Assembly (NCBI GenBank): GCA_022826885.1
Contig: JAJDUB010000047.1
Coordinates: 2,076 to 66,075, forward strand
Source: Gammaproteobacteria bacterium
GTDB taxonomy: Bacteria; Pseudomonadota; Gammaproteobacteria; Eutrophobiales; Eutrophobiaceae
Reading direction: 5' to 3'
DNA length: 64,000 bases
The notes beneath the pieces are model-generated. The model was not told the DNA's origin and did no database searches. It saw only the letters and a program-made list of their open reading frames with translations. Below are positions 1-10,639 of this stretch, one piece after another (position 1 is the first letter of the stretch; every line of letters starts with the position of its first letter). A program made the translations under genes and the position numbers.

Positions 1-1513
1 TGAAGGCGCACTGCTGGTTGTGGATTGTTCCCAGAGTGTAGAGGCGCAGACGGTAGCCAATTGTTTTGCGGCAATCGACAACGGGCTGGAAGTAGTGCCG
101 GTATTGAACAAGATTGACCTGCCTGCTGCCGACCCGGAAAAAGCCATACTGGATATAGAGGAGTTGATCGGGATTGATGCAAAAGATGCCATCAAGGTCA
201 GCGCCAAAACCGGATACGGCCTTGACGCCCTTCTCAGCGCCATTATAGCGCGCATACCCCCTCCGCGGGGAGATGCCGACGCGCCGCTGACTGCCTTGAT
301 CATCGATTCCTGGTTTGACAATTACCTGGGAGTAATTTCCCTGGTACGCGTAATCGAGGGCAGCCTGAGCGTCGGGGACAGGGTCAGGATATTCTCAACC
401 GGGCAGGATTACATTGTTGATGGAGTAGGCTCGTTCACCCCCAAAAGAACTCCCGCAACCTGCCTTGCTACAGGCGAGGTCGGCTATGTGGTCGCCGGGA
501 TAAAGGAAATTCTTGGAGCGCCGGTCGGCGACACCATTACATCCGGCAAACGTCCTGCAGAACAGCCGCTCCCCGGCTTTCAGCCAGCCAAACCCCGCGT
601 ATTTGCCGGTATGTTTCCCATCGATTCCGGTGATTTTGAAGACTTCCGCGAAGCGCTTGCCAAGCTGAAATTGAATGATGCCGCGCTCTATTTCGAGCCT
701 GAAACCTCCCAGGCCCTGGGGTTCGGCTTCCGTTGCGGTTTTCTGGGTATGCTGCACATGGAAATTGTCCAGGAACGCCTGGAGCGCGAGTATGGCATGA
801 GCCTGATTACAACGGCTCCTACCGTAGTATATGAAGTCGATACCACCTCCGGTTCAAGAATATATCTCGACAATCCGGCAGATCTGCCTGGAACGGACAA
901 ACTGGCTGCGATTCGGGAACCCATGGTCCATGCTGATATACTGACTCCACAGCAATACCTCGGCAACGTGATCTCCCTTTGTGTCGAGAAAAGAGGACGG
1001 CAGAAGAAGTTGCACTTTGCGGGGCGCCAGGTATCCGTATCATACGAACTGCCCCTGAGTGAGATCGTGCTGGATTTTTTTGACAGGCTGAAATCGGTCA
1101 GCAAGGGATATGCCTCCTTTGATTATCACTTTGAACGCTATAATGAAGCACCCCTTGTGAAGCTGGACGTGTTGATCAATGGAGACAGGGTGGATGCCTT
1201 GTCGAGTATCGTACACAGGGACCTTGCGCAACGACGCGGGCGTGAACTGGCGGCCAAAATGAAACAGCTTGTGCCCCGGCAGATGTACGAGGTGGCGATA
1301 CAGGCAGCCATAGGATCAAAAATCATCGCCAGGGAATCCGTCAAGGCGTTGCGCAAGAACGTTACGGCCAAGTGTTATGGCGGCGACGTGACGCGCAAGA
1401 GAAAACTGCTGGAAAAACAAAAAGCAGGAAAGAAAAGAATGAAACAACTGGGTTCAGTGGAAATCCCACAATCCGCGTTCATGGCGATTCTCGATGTCGG
1501 AGGTGAGCAATGA
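1..1513 (+). CDS. lepA: Elongation factor 4 (LepA), 5' end outside window
   Basis: The frame is open from base 2 ('[17 protein letters not shown]...[11 protein letters not shown]'). It has the NKxD GTPase box and the LepA C-terminal domain. Its stop overlaps the lepB start (ATGA at 1510-1513). Confidence 0.95.
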   Translation, partial: EGALLVVDCSQSVEAQTVANCFAAIDNGLEVVPVLNKIDLPAADPEKAILDIEELIGIDAKDAIKVSAKTGYGLDALLSAIIARIPPPRGDADAPLTALIIDSWFDNYLGVISLVRVIEGSLSVGDRVRIFSTGQDYIVDGVGSFTPKRTPATCLATGEVGYVVAGIKEILGAPVGDTITSGKRPAEQPLPGFQPAKPRVFAGMFPIDSGDFEDFREALAKLKLNDAALYFEPETSQALGFGFRCGFLGMLHMEIVQERLEREYGMSLITTAPTVVYEVDTTSGSRIYLDNPADLPGTDKLAAIREPMVHADILTPQQYLGNVISLCVEKRGRQKKLHFAGRQVSVSYELPLSEIVLDFFDRLKSVSKGYASFDYHFERYNEAPLVKLDVLINGDRVDALSSIVHRDLAQRRGRELAAKMKQLVPRQMYEVAIQAAIGSKIIARESVKALRKNVTAKCYGGDVTRKRKLLEKQKAGKKRMKQLGSVEIPQSAFMAILDVGGEQ

Positions 1514-2313
1514 CCTTTGATTTCGCCGGCCTGCTGGTATTGCTTACCGCCGCCAGCGGGATAATCTGGGCGATTGATGCCATGTTTTTTGCCCGCAACA
1601 GGAAACCTCCCACCGGCGACGAACGCCCTGAACCGTTGATCGTCGATTATGCCCGTTCACTTTTTCCCGTTTTTCTCATCGTATTGATCCTGCGTTCATT
1701 TATTATCGAACCGTTCCGCATTCCGTCCGCCTCCATGATGCCGACACTGTTAAGAGGCGATTTCATCCTGGTCAACAAGTACGATTACGGCATCCGCCTG
1801 CCGGTACTGAACACCAAGGTTTTCGGTAGCGGGAAACCGCAACGCGGCGACATCATCGTCTTCCGATACCCTGAAGACCCCGCAGTGCCGTTTATCAAGC
1901 GGGTAGTGGGCGTGCCCGGCGACCGCCTGCAGTACAAGGACAAAAAACTGATAATAAACGGCGCGCAAATCGGACTCGATCTCAAAGGGGTTTATCACAG
2001 TGATGGAGTAGGCAGGAGAGAGAACGGTTCATACCTCGTGGAAGAACAACTGGGCAAACTCAAACACGATATATTAATCAACCCCTTGCAGCTTTCGTCT
2101 GTGGAGATTGACCGGAAAATACCGGAGGGGCATTATTTTGTCCTGGGCGACAACCGTGACAACAGCAGGGACAGCCGCTACTGGGGTCTGGTTCCGGACA
2201 GAAACCTCGTGGGCAGGGCATTTTACATCTGGATGAACTGGAGCAGCGACAGCATCCTTGACCCGGGGAGCTGGGATATGGACTGGGAGCGCATCGGATC
2301 TGCAATAAAGTAA
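1510..2313 (+). CDS. lepB: Signal peptidase I
   Basis: 267 aa with N-terminal TM segments. It has the Ser box '[10 protein letters not shown]', the Lys box '[11 protein letters not shown]' and '[14 protein letters not shown]'. The lepA-lepB-rnc order is conserved. Confidence 0.93.
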   Translation: MTFDFAGLLVLLTAASGIIWAIDAMFFARNRKPPTGDERPEPLIVDYARSLFPVFLIVLILRSFIIEPFRIPSASMMPTLLRGDFILVNKYDYGIRLPVLNTKVFGSGKPQRGDIIVFRYPEDPAVPFIKRVVGVPGDRLQYKDKKLIINGAQIGLDLKGVYHSDGVGRRENGSYLVEEQLGKLKHDILINPLQLSSVEIDRKIPEGHYFVLGDNRDNSRDSRYWGLVPDRNLVGRAFYIWMNWSSDSILDPGSWDMDWERIGSAIK

Positions 2314-2320
2314 CCCCTGA

Positions 2321-3022
2321 ATGGCGCACATGGGCACAGATAAGGATTTAAACCTGCATATCAGGAATGTCCTGGGACATGAATTTCGCGATGCCGAATT
2401 ATTGAACAAGGCATTGACACACCGGAGTTTCAGCAGGAACCACAACGAAAGGCTCGAATTTCTCGGTGATGCCTTGCTCGGCATGTTCATTGCCGATGCG
2501 CTGTTTGCGAAATTCCCGGAGGCCGCGGAAAGCGACCTGACGCGACTGCGCTCATCCTTGGTCAACAAGGAAACACTCGCGCGACTTGCAAGGCAACTGG
2601 ACCTTGGCAGCCATATAAAATTCGGAATCGGCGAGCACAAAAGCGGCGGATGGCAAAAAAAGTCGCTCCTTTCCAACGCCATGGAAGCGTTGATAGGAGC
2701 AGTTTACCTGGATTCCGACCTGGAAAACTGCCGCAGCTTCATCCTGGCCCTGTACGCTTGTCTGCTGGATGAGTTAACCATCGAGAATGTTCCGAAAGAC
2801 CCGAAATCCGAACTGCAGGAATACCTGCAGGCCAATAAAAAATCACTGCCTGCCTACCATGTCATAGCAGAAGAAGGTGAAGCGCATAACAGGATGTTTA
2901 CCATAGAATGCCGTATTGACGGTATTGCCGGGCCGGTCGTGGCAAAAGGCAGGAACAAGAGGGACGCGGAACAGGCGGCGGCAAGTGCGGCATTGAAAAT
3001 AATATCTCCGGATGCGGGTTAA
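2321..3022 (+). CDS. rnc: Ribonuclease III
   Basis: 233 aa with the RNase III signature 'HNERLEFLGDALL' and a C-terminal dsRNA-binding domain. Confidence 0.95.
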   Translation: MAHMGTDKDLNLHIRNVLGHEFRDAELLNKALTHRSFSRNHNERLEFLGDALLGMFIADALFAKFPEAAESDLTRLRSSLVNKETLARLARQLDLGSHIKFGIGEHKSGGWQKKSLLSNAMEALIGAVYLDSDLENCRSFILALYACLLDELTIENVPKDPKSELQEYLQANKKSLPAYHVIAEEGEAHNRMFTIECRIDGIAGPVVAKGRNKRDAEQAAASAALKIISPDAG

Positions 3023-3911
3023 AGGTCCGGAATTCAAGGCCGGTTATGTATCCATCGTCGGCCGTCCCAACGTCGGCAAATCGACACTGCTGAACCGGCT
3101 GATAGAACACAAGATCAGTATCGTCACACGAAAACCGCAAACGACGCGCTGGCAGATTCGGGGGATAAAATCAACTCCGGAATACCAGATAATCTTCACC
3201 GACACGCCCGGCTACCAGAATAACCACAAAAACGCGATTAACCGGTATATGAACAGGGAGGTAACCAACTCATTATCGCATATAGACGTGGTATTGTTTG
3301 TCGTTGAAGCAGTCAAGTGGGGTCGTAATGACGCCCTGGTTGCCGACCTGTTGAAGGAAGTCAGCGCAACCCTGATACTGGTTATCAATAAGCTGGACCT
3401 GCTCAAGGAGCGCTCAAGCCTGTTGCCGTATATAAATAACCTGAAGGAAAAGCTGCCATTTGCGGAGATTGTGCCGCTCAGCGCCAGACGCCGGAAAGAT
3501 GTCGACCTGCTGGAAAGCAAGATAGTTGCAATGCTTCCATCAGGAGAACCCTTGTTTCCGACCGATCAGATCAGTGACAGAAGCACGCGTTTTCTGGCGG
3601 CTGAATATATAAGGGAAAAAGTGATGGAGCGCCTGGGTGATGAGTTGCCTTACCGGACGTCTGTCACTATCGACGTCTTCAAGGATGAGCCGGAACTGTT
3701 GAGCATGTCCGCCACCATCTGGGTGGAACGCCGCTCACAACGGGCGATCCTCATTGGGGGAAACGGCAAAATGCTGAAATCGATAGGCGCCGAGGCGCGT
3801 ATTGAACTGGAAAATTTCTTTTCAAAAAAGGTATACCTGCAAACCTGGGTCAAGACAAAAAAGAACTGGACCGAAGACATCAAGGCGCTGAAGATGCTGG
3901 GGTATGACTAG
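3012..3911 (+). CDS. era: GTPase Era
   Basis: 299 aa with P-loop 'GRPNVGKST', 'DTPG', 'NKLD' and a C-terminal KH domain. It overlaps rnc by 11 nt. Confidence 0.95.
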   Translation: MRVKGPEFKAGYVSIVGRPNVGKSTLLNRLIEHKISIVTRKPQTTRWQIRGIKSTPEYQIIFTDTPGYQNNHKNAINRYMNREVTNSLSHIDVVLFVVEAVKWGRNDALVADLLKEVSATLILVINKLDLLKERSSLLPYINNLKEKLPFAEIVPLSARRRKDVDLLESKIVAMLPSGEPLFPTDQISDRSTRFLAAEYIREKVMERLGDELPYRTSVTIDVFKDEPELLSMSATIWVERRSQRAILIGGNGKMLKSIGAEARIELENFFSKKVYLQTWVKTKKNWTEDIKALKMLGYD

Positions 3912-3920
3912 GGGTTAATC

Positions 3921-4634
3921 GTGAGAGTTGAACTGAATCCCTGCTATATCCTGCACAGCCGTAACTATCGTGAAACAAGTCTGTTACTGGATGTGTTTTC
4001 CCGCCGGTACGGCAGGATAAGCCTGGTGGCAAAAGGAGCAAGAAGACAGAAAAATGACAGCCGCGCGCTATTGCAGCCGGGGCGGAAGATCAATATTGCC
4101 TGGACCATGCGCAGGGAACTTGGGACACTGACCAGGGCGGAACCCTGTCATGGCAGTAATCCGCAGGGAGCGAGCGCATTGTTGACCGTATTTTATGTCA
4201 ATGAACTGCTGGTCAGGTTGCTGCACAGGCATGAGCCTCATGCGGAACTGTTTGACTCCTATGCAGAAACGCTGGAAAAATTAACGGATAGCGCAACTGA
4301 ACAGGTTACCCTCAGGATATTTGAAAAACGATTGCTTGAAGCGCTGGGTTACGGCCTGGCGCTGGATTCGGATACCGAGGGGAATGCCGTCAGGCCGGAT
4401 GAGGATTATAATTACCTGCCGGAACGAGGGCCGGAGCCGGGGACATCACCTGGTCCGGGTGGTCTGGCAATATCAGGACGGACATTGCTGGCCCTGGCGG
4501 AAGAAAACCTCGGCGACGAGATCGTTCTCGCAGAAGCCAAACAACTGATGCGCAAGGCGCTGGGCAACCTGTTGGGCGACAAGCCCCTGGCCAGCCGGAA
4601 ACTATATCAATTCAGCGTGAGTATGCGACGGTAA
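3921..4634 (+). CDS. recO: DNA repair protein RecO
   Basis: 237 aa with a GTG start. The N-terminal OB-fold region 'YILHSRNYRETSLLLDVFSRRYGRISLVAKGARR' is RecO-like, and era-recO-pdxJ synteny supports the call. Confidence 0.85.
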   Translation: MRVELNPCYILHSRNYRETSLLLDVFSRRYGRISLVAKGARRQKNDSRALLQPGRKINIAWTMRRELGTLTRAEPCHGSNPQGASALLTVFYVNELLVRLLHRHEPHAELFDSYAETLEKLTDSATEQVTLRIFEKRLLEALGYGLALDSDTEGNAVRPDEDYNYLPERGPEPGTSPGPGGLAISGRTLLALAEENLGDEIVLAEAKQLMRKALGNLLGDKPLASRKLYQFSVSMRR

Positions 4635-4642
4635 TACAGTCC

Positions 4643-5374
4643 ATGAGACCAATAAAACTGGGTGTTAACATCGACCACGTGGCAACGCTGCGCCAGGCGA
4701 GGCTGACCCGTTACCCGGAACCGGTACACGCTGCCCTGGCAGCCGAGCAGGCCGGCGCTGACTCCATAACGATACATCTACGGGAAGACCGCCGACATAT
4801 CCAGGAAAGGGACGTAGTGATGTTGAAGGACGTGCTGACGATTCCGATCAACCTTGAAATGGCGGTCACGGACGAGATGGTGGAGCTGGCCGAAAAACTG
4901 CAACCTGATTATTGCTGTTTTGTCCCGGAACGGCGCGAGGAACTGACAACCGAAGGGGGGCTGGAAGTGGCCGGACAGCCGGACAGGATACGCGCCGCCT
5001 GCGCCAGGCTGCAGGCAAGCGGTTCCAGACTGTCCCTGTTTATAGATGCGGACGCCGCCCAGATAGACGCGGCAGTTGATGCCGGCGCAGACATGATTGA
5101 AATCCATACGGGCCACTATGCAGACTCTGACAGTCCTGAAACGCGGGATGTGGAATTCAATAAAATTGCCCGGGCTGTCGAGCATGCTGCGACATCCTCG
5201 TTACAGATTAATGCCGGACACGGATTACACTACCATAATGTCAGGCCGATAGCCTCGCTCGAACAGGTTGCCGAGCTCAACATAGGCCATTCCATCATAG
5301 CCAGGGCCGTATTTTCCGGTCTCTACCAGGCGGTCAAGGACATGAAGACCCTGATGGATGAGGCAAGACGATGA
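4643..5374 (+). CDS. pdxJ: Pyridoxine 5'-phosphate synthase
   Basis: 243 aa with the motifs 'LGVNIDHVATLRQAR', 'ITIHLREDRRHI' and 'IEIHTGHYA'. Confidence 0.93.
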   Translation: MRPIKLGVNIDHVATLRQARLTRYPEPVHAALAAEQAGADSITIHLREDRRHIQERDVVMLKDVLTIPINLEMAVTDEMVELAEKLQPDYCCFVPERREELTTEGGLEVAGQPDRIRAACARLQASGSRLSLFIDADAAQIDAAVDAGADMIEIHTGHYADSDSPETRDVEFNKIARAVEHAATSSLQINAGHGLHYHNVRPIASLEQVAELNIGHSIIARAVFSGLYQAVKDMKTLMDEARR

Positions 5375-5383
5375 TGTTACCAG

Positions 5384-7135
5384 GTGATTCCCGTGGCGGC
5401 CTGGGATAACGATAAAATAATCCATGTGGATATGACCCGCCGGGTCGTCTCCGTCGACAGATATCCGGTCAAGTGGAAGTATCTGGGCGGTCGCGCGTTG
5501 ATTGCCAGGATACTGCTCGGTGAGTGCCCGCCCCTGTGTAACCCTCTGGGTCCGGAAAATATGCTGGTGATGGCGCCGGGCCTGTTATCGGGTTCCATGG
5601 CGCCGACATCGGGGCGCTTGTCGGTCGGCTGCAAAAGCCCACTGACGGGTGGTATTAAAGAAGCCAATGTGGGAGGTGAGCCGGCACAGGACCTGATGAG
5701 GTTGGGATACAGGGCGGTCGTGATCACAGGGCAACCCGCGCAAAGAAATAACCGCTGGGGATTAATAATCAATGCTGACGGCGCCGAACTCGTCACCGCC
5801 GATGAATATAAGGGACTGTGGAATTATGCCTGCTGTGAAAAACTGCTGGCGAAGCACCCAGCATCAGCCTCTGCCATGTCCATCGGACCGGCAGGGGAGC
5901 ACCTGCTGGCCAGCGCGTCCATCGCCTGTACCGACCGCAGCAAGGGTCGTCACCCGGCGAGACACGCGGCGCGCGGCGGTGTCGGCGCCGTCATGGGTTC
6001 GAAATGCCTGAAGTGGATACTGATTGACCCCGGCAAGGCGCCGTTACGTAAGGCACAGGACCCCGGGACCTTTGCAAAATACAAAAAAACATTCAGTCAG
6101 GATTACCTGACCAACGGCCGCCATGACGCGTTCAAATACGGCACCAGTTCCCTGGTGCCGACTGCCAATATGCTGCATGCATTTCCCTACAAGAACCGCA
6201 CCTCCGGCCAGAACCCGGAATGGGAAAAACTGGACGGGGCAAGGATACTTGAATCCTTCGAGTCCCGCGGGGGCGGCATGCACAACTGTCTGACGGGTTG
6301 CATCGTGCGCTGTTCCAACGTGGTTCACGATGAGCACGGGCATTACCTGACCTCTGCCCTGGAATTTGAAACCATTACGCTGATGGGATCCAACTGTGCA
6401 ATCAACGACTGGGAAGAAATCGCCCGGCTGGATCGTCTCTGTGACGAAGTGGGCATAGATACTATCGAGACGGGTGCGGCATTTGCCGTATACATGGATT
6501 CCGGGGGGCTGGAATGGGGCGATGCTGAAGGAGTAAAAGCGATCATCCGCAATGATATCGCCAACGCCACCGAACTGGGCAGGCAAATCGGCAACGGAAC
6601 GTTATCTATCGGCAGGGCGCGCAAACATCACCGCATTCCCCATAACAAGGGCCAGGCGGTGCCGGCATTTGACCCGCGCCCGTTCAAGGCCACGGGGATC
6701 ACTTATTGCTCCAGCGCCATGGGCGCCGACCACACTGCCGGCCTGGTGTTCGACCAGGATTTGACGGAAGAAGAGGCAGTAAGACGTTCCCAGGAACTGC
6801 AAATCATCAATGCTGTCGGGGATTCCACCGGCTTCTGTATTTTCCTGGGGCCGACGCTGGAAGAGACCGCGTATTACCTGTCACCGTTTTTTGGCGCGGA
6901 CATCAGCGCACAACAGTTGGCGGACATCGGCTGGCAGTGCCTGACCGACGAATGGCAATTTAATAACGCTGCCGGGTTTACCGATAAAGACGACACCTGC
7001 CCGTCCTGTCTGCGCGAAGAGGGCATTGGTCCCGGCCAATCCATGGTGTTCGATATCAGCGACAAGGCAATTGCTGCGGTGAAAACAAGGCAACCGCCGA
7101 GGGATGAACTCTATAACACCTCACCCGCAGGCTGA
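5384..7135 (+). CDS. Aldehyde:ferredoxin oxidoreductase (AOR) family tungsto/molybdopterin enzyme
   Basis: 583 aa with a GTG start. AOR-family motifs are present: 'LGGRALIARIL', 'SGRLSVGCKSPLTGG', a Cys cluster 'CLTGCIVRC', 'CDEVGIDTIETG' and 'SAMGADHTAG'. Confidence 0.8.
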   Translation: MIPVAAWDNDKIIHVDMTRRVVSVDRYPVKWKYLGGRALIARILLGECPPLCNPLGPENMLVMAPGLLSGSMAPTSGRLSVGCKSPLTGGIKEANVGGEPAQDLMRLGYRAVVITGQPAQRNNRWGLIINADGAELVTADEYKGLWNYACCEKLLAKHPASASAMSIGPAGEHLLASASIACTDRSKGRHPARHAARGGVGAVMGSKCLKWILIDPGKAPLRKAQDPGTFAKYKKTFSQDYLTNGRHDAFKYGTSSLVPTANMLHAFPYKNRTSGQNPEWEKLDGARILESFESRGGGMHNCLTGCIVRCSNVVHDEHGHYLTSALEFETITLMGSNCAINDWEEIARLDRLCDEVGIDTIETGAAFAVYMDSGGLEWGDAEGVKAIIRNDIANATELGRQIGNGTLSIGRARKHHRIPHNKGQAVPAFDPRPFKATGITYCSSAMGADHTAGLVFDQDLTEEEAVRRSQELQIINAVGDSTGFCIFLGPTLEETAYYLSPFFGADISAQQLADIGWQCLTDEWQFNNAAGFTDKDDTCPSCLREEGIGPGQSMVFDISDKAIAAVKTRQPPRDELYNTSPAG

Positions 7136-7160
7136 GCGGCCGGAAATCAGGAAATGCAGG

Positions 7161-8135
7161 TTAAGGCTTGCGCTGGTGAGCAAGGCGTTTCAGTATATCT
7201 TCAAGGTCCCCCGGCAACGGCGCGCTGAATTGATACTCTCCGGTCGCTTTCAATTCAGGCACGGAGAGTTTGCCGGCGTGTAAAAACATGCGTTTCAGAC
7301 CGGCCGTACGCATTTCCCTGTTGAATTCCCTGTCCCCGTATTTCCTGTCGCCGGCGATGGGATGACCGATTGAGTCGGCATGAACCCTGATTTGGTGGGT
7401 TCGTCCGGTGCCGATCCTGACTTTGACGCGGGTTGCATCCCGGAAGAACTCTACCGCTTCAAACTCGGACAGGGCAGTCTTGCCGGATCCCTCGACCCTG
7501 ACCCTTCCTTCCCCGTAGCGACTCCTGTGACGCTGCAACGGGGTATCCACCACCGTCTTTTTTTGCTGCAGGCGGCCTTTCAGCAGCGCATCATATTCTT
7601 TCTGAACATCACCCGTTTTCAGCGCCAGGTTGACCTGGCGCAGGACAGGCATGCTTTTTGCCATCATCAGGCAGCCGGAAGTTTCCTTATCCAGCCGATG
7701 GATCAAGTGCAGGTTGTCCTCACGGTGGAACAGCCCACGCAGTAGTTCTATCACTCCGAAAAAACTGCCGGTGCCCGCATGTACGGACAGGCCGGCAGGC
7801 TTGTTGATGACGACAAGCCTGTCATCCTCGTATATGACACATCCTTTAATCATATCAACCAGGTATGCGGGTGCTGCGTCCTGCGTCCCGGATTTTTGTT
7901 CAAATACCGGAGGGATACGTATTTCATCTTCGGCTTGCAGGCGGTAATCGGGCTTGATCCGCCCTCCGTTGACCCTCACTTCGCCCCGCCTCAACATTTG
8001 ATAAATTCGACTTTTCGGTATTCGATTAAGACGTGAGATCAAAAAATTATCGATACGCCGGCCGGCCTGGTCAGCGCCGATTACCATGTTTGCGGGCTTG
8101 CTTTTTTTGTTACCGGGTTGTGACATTTTGAACAA
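7161..8135 (-). CDS. rluC: 23S rRNA pseudouridine synthase RluC
   Basis: 324 aa with an S4 domain at the N-terminus. It has the RluA-family catalytic 'HRLDKETSGCLMMAK' and 'GRTHQIRVH', and lies divergent from rne as in E. coli and Pseudomonas. Confidence 0.88.
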   Translation of the reverse strand: MFKMSQPGNKKSKPANMVIGADQAGRRIDNFLISRLNRIPKSRIYQMLRRGEVRVNGGRIKPDYRLQAEDEIRIPPVFEQKSGTQDAAPAYLVDMIKGCVIYEDDRLVVINKPAGLSVHAGTGSFFGVIELLRGLFHREDNLHLIHRLDKETSGCLMMAKSMPVLRQVNLALKTGDVQKEYDALLKGRLQQKKTVVDTPLQRHRSRYGEGRVRVEGSGKTALSEFEAVEFFRDATRVKVRIGTGRTHQIRVHADSIGHPIAGDRKYGDREFNREMRTAGLKRMFLHAGKLSVPELKATGEYQFSAPLPGDLEDILKRLAHQRKP

Positions 8136-8140
8136 CGATA

Positions 8141-8169
8141 TTGCCGTAACGGCCTAAGTCTGGTATAGT
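8141..8169 (+). promoter_or_regulatory. Candidate sigma70 promoter for rne
   Basis: TTGCCG (8141-8146), a 17-nt spacer, then TATAGT (8164-8169). It starts 6 nt from the rluC start codon, and no other comparable match was seen in the spacer. Confidence 0.45.
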
Positions 8170-8582
8170 GGTTCTGCTTAAGCTGATAATCAGATATCCT
8201 GCAAGGATAAGCCATAACAGGGCGCCTGTCTTTAACAGGCAAAAACTTGAAAGAAGGAGCCGATCCTGACGGATCGAAACAACGTCGCTCCTGCCCTGAG
8301 TGAGATGTATAGATGGAGACATAACATTTGCAGGAAAACGTATTACCAGGTTTTAACCCACCAGGGTTAAGGCCGAGCAGACAAAGTACATTGACAGCCC
8401 GGGAACAGAACTGCGTCATGCATGAGAATGAACCCAAAGTTGTAGTCCCGGGATTAATATCGTAGCTGCTGAACGGCGGCACGATTACAGATTAACATGG
8501 CTTCCGGCTGACGGCCGGGATATTCGGTCACTGACTGCGAGTCGGAGTGTGGTCGAGCCATTGCGTAAAGGACACACAGACA
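8170..8582 (+). promoter_or_regulatory. Long structured rne 5' leader (autoregulatory type)
   Basis: About 413 nt lie between the candidate -10 and ATG 8583. Local hairpins include gcctgt/acaggc (8224-8240), cgatcc-tgac-ggatcg nested in ggagc...gctcc (8256-8295) and ttaaccc-acca-gggttaa (8353-8370). E. coli rne has an analogous long leader. Confidence 0.5.
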
Positions 8583-10607
8583 ATGAAGAGAATGTTGATT
8601 AACGCAACTCAACCGGAAGAGTTGCGGGTGGCGCTAGTGGATGGCCAACGCCTGTATGATCTTGATATCGAGGCAACAGGCAGGGAACAGAAGAAGTCGA
8701 ACATCTATAAATGCCGGATAGTCAGGATAGAACCCAGTCTTGAAGCCGCATTCGTGGATTTTGGCGCCGAGAGGCACGGCTTCCTCCCCTTCAAGGAAAT
8801 AGCCCGTTCCCTGTTAAAATCCAAAAACAGTGATGATAACCGCGGGCGTATAAGCGTCAAGGATGCCCTGGAGGTAGGTCAGGAATACATCGTCCAGGTT
8901 GAAAAGGAAGAACGCGGTAACAAGGGAGCTGCGCTGACCACCTTTATCAGTCTTGCCGGACGCTACCTGGTGCTTATGCCGAATAACCCCAGGGCAGGGG
9001 GCGTTTCCAGGCAAATTGAGGGCAACGATCGCAGCGACGCCCGTGAGGCGATGAGCACCCTGGAAATTCCCCAGGGCATGGGTTTGATACTGCGCACCGC
9101 CGGCGTAGGCAAAAGCGCTGAAGAACTGCAATGGGACCTGGACTACCTGAATATGCTCTGGGATTCCATCAAGACAACCGCCAAGGAAAAACCCGCTCCG
9201 TTCCTCATTTACCAGGAAAGCGAAGTCATTATCAGGGCAATCCGGGATTACCTCAGGAGCGATATTGCCGAGATATGGATCGACGATAACGACATCTTCC
9301 ACCGGGCGCGGGACTTCATGCAGCAGGTCATGCCCCATAACCTGCAAAAACTGAAACTCTATTCAGGCAGCGATCCTTTATTCAGCCGCTACCAGATCGA
9401 GGGTCAGATTGAAACCGCCTTTGCCCGCGATGTTCAACTCCCGTCCGGAGGAGTGCTCATAATCGATCATACCGAGGCGCTCACGTCAATCGATATCAAC
9501 TCGGCGCGCGCCACCAAGGGCGAGGATATAGAAGAGACGGCGTTTAATACGAACCTGGAAGCGGCCGATGAAATTGCCCGGCAACTGCGCCTGCGCGACC
9601 TCGGCGGTTTGTTTGTCATAGACTTTATCGACATGACCAATAACCGGAACCAGCGCGAAGTGGAAAGTCGCCTGAGGGACGGGCTGAAGGTGGATCGAGC
9701 CAGGGTGCAAACGGGGCGTATTTCCCGTTTCGGCCTGCTGGAAATGTCGCGCCAGCGATTACGGCCGTCACTTGGAGAATCGAGCCATATTCCATGCCCG
9801 CGCTGTGACGGGCAGGGGACCATTCGCGGGGTTAAGTCCCTGTCACTCTCGGTGTTACGGATTATTCAGGAAGAAGCCATGAAAGAGTTGACTGCCAAAG
9901 TGGTGGCCCAATTATCGGTTGAAGCCGCCACATTTTTACTGAACGAAAAACGCCAGGCCATACGCGAGATAGAGCAACGGCTGGACGTGGAAATCATCAT
10001 CAGTCCCAATCCCATGATGGAAACGCCCCAGTACCTGGTGCAACGCATCAACCTGTCTGAATCGTCATCGGATTCATCCCGGAAAGAGAGCTACAAATTT
10101 GCTGAGACAAAACAGGACAATGTTGGCCACGCCGTATCCAGTGACAGCCGTAAAACACCGGAAAAACCTGCCTTGACGCAGATCATGCCGGACAGGCCCG
10201 CTCCTTCGACAAGACAGGACAAGGAGAAAAGTCTGATGAGCAGGTTGTTCGGCGGATTATTCGGGAATAATGCCGAGGTCACGGAAAAGCAGGAACCGCC
10301 TTCAAAGCCAAGAAAACCCCAGACCTCCTCGCGCAGCAGAAGCAGGAGCAGGCCTTCCGGAAACAACTCCGGCCGGCAACAACAGCGCAGGAGTTCCAGG
10401 AGAAACGAAAACACGTCCGGCAACAGTCAACGCAGACAGGGCAATCGCGACCAGGGGGGCGGTGACAACAGGCAATCCCGTTCTGCTTCCAGGAACAGGA
10501 GCGCACGCGAAAAAAAACAGACAAGTGAACCTGCTGAAACCGGCGCTTCCCCCGGGCGGGTATCGGAAAAAAAGGAAGCGCCCGCCAGCGCCACATCAGA
10601 AGAATAA
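8583..10607 (+). CDS. rne: Ribonuclease E (short C-terminal region)
   Basis: The N-terminus '[30 protein letters not shown]' is nearly identical to E. coli RNase E, so ATG 8583 is preferred over the ORF-track start 8547. It has S1, DNase-I-like and Zn-link ('CPRCDGQG') regions and an Arg/Ser-rich tail. Confidence 0.93.
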   Translation: MKRMLINATQPEELRVALVDGQRLYDLDIEATGREQKKSNIYKCRIVRIEPSLEAAFVDFGAERHGFLPFKEIARSLLKSKNSDDNRGRISVKDALEVGQEYIVQVEKEERGNKGAALTTFISLAGRYLVLMPNNPRAGGVSRQIEGNDRSDAREAMSTLEIPQGMGLILRTAGVGKSAEELQWDLDYLNMLWDSIKTTAKEKPAPFLIYQESEVIIRAIRDYLRSDIAEIWIDDNDIFHRARDFMQQVMPHNLQKLKLYSGSDPLFSRYQIEGQIETAFARDVQLPSGGVLIIDHTEALTSIDINSARATKGEDIEETAFNTNLEAADEIARQLRLRDLGGLFVIDFIDMTNNRNQREVESRLRDGLKVDRARVQTGRISRFGLLEMSRQRLRPSLGESSHIPCPRCDGQGTIRGVKSLSLSVLRIIQEEAMKELTAKVVAQLSVEAATFLLNEKRQAIREIEQRLDVEIIISPNPMMETPQYLVQRINLSESSSDSSRKESYKFAETKQDNVGHAVSSDSRKTPEKPALTQIMPDRPAPSTRQDKEKSLMSRLFGGLFGNNAEVTEKQEPPSKPRKPQTSSRSRSRSRPSGNNSGRQQQRRSSRRNENTSGNSQRRQGNRDQGGGDNRQSRSASRNRSAREKKQTSEPAETGASPGRVSEKKEAPASATSEE

Positions 10608-10639
10608 CTGATAACCCGGTTTTCTCACCAGGTGATGCG

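Noticed and set aside
8081-8482. 133-aa minus-strand ORF in the rluC-rne spacer
   Set aside because: It overlaps the rluC 5' end out of frame and sits in the rne leader. It has Cys/Ser-rich odd composition and no RBS or motif.
10270-10611. Overlapping 113-aa (+) and 105-aa (-) ORFs, and an SRSRSR-type repeat that might suggest a tandem repeat or CRISPR array
   Set aside because: This is low-complexity Arg/Ser coding sequence of the RNase E tail. There is no spacer-repeat periodicity, and the alternative frames are by-products of the purine-rich repeat.
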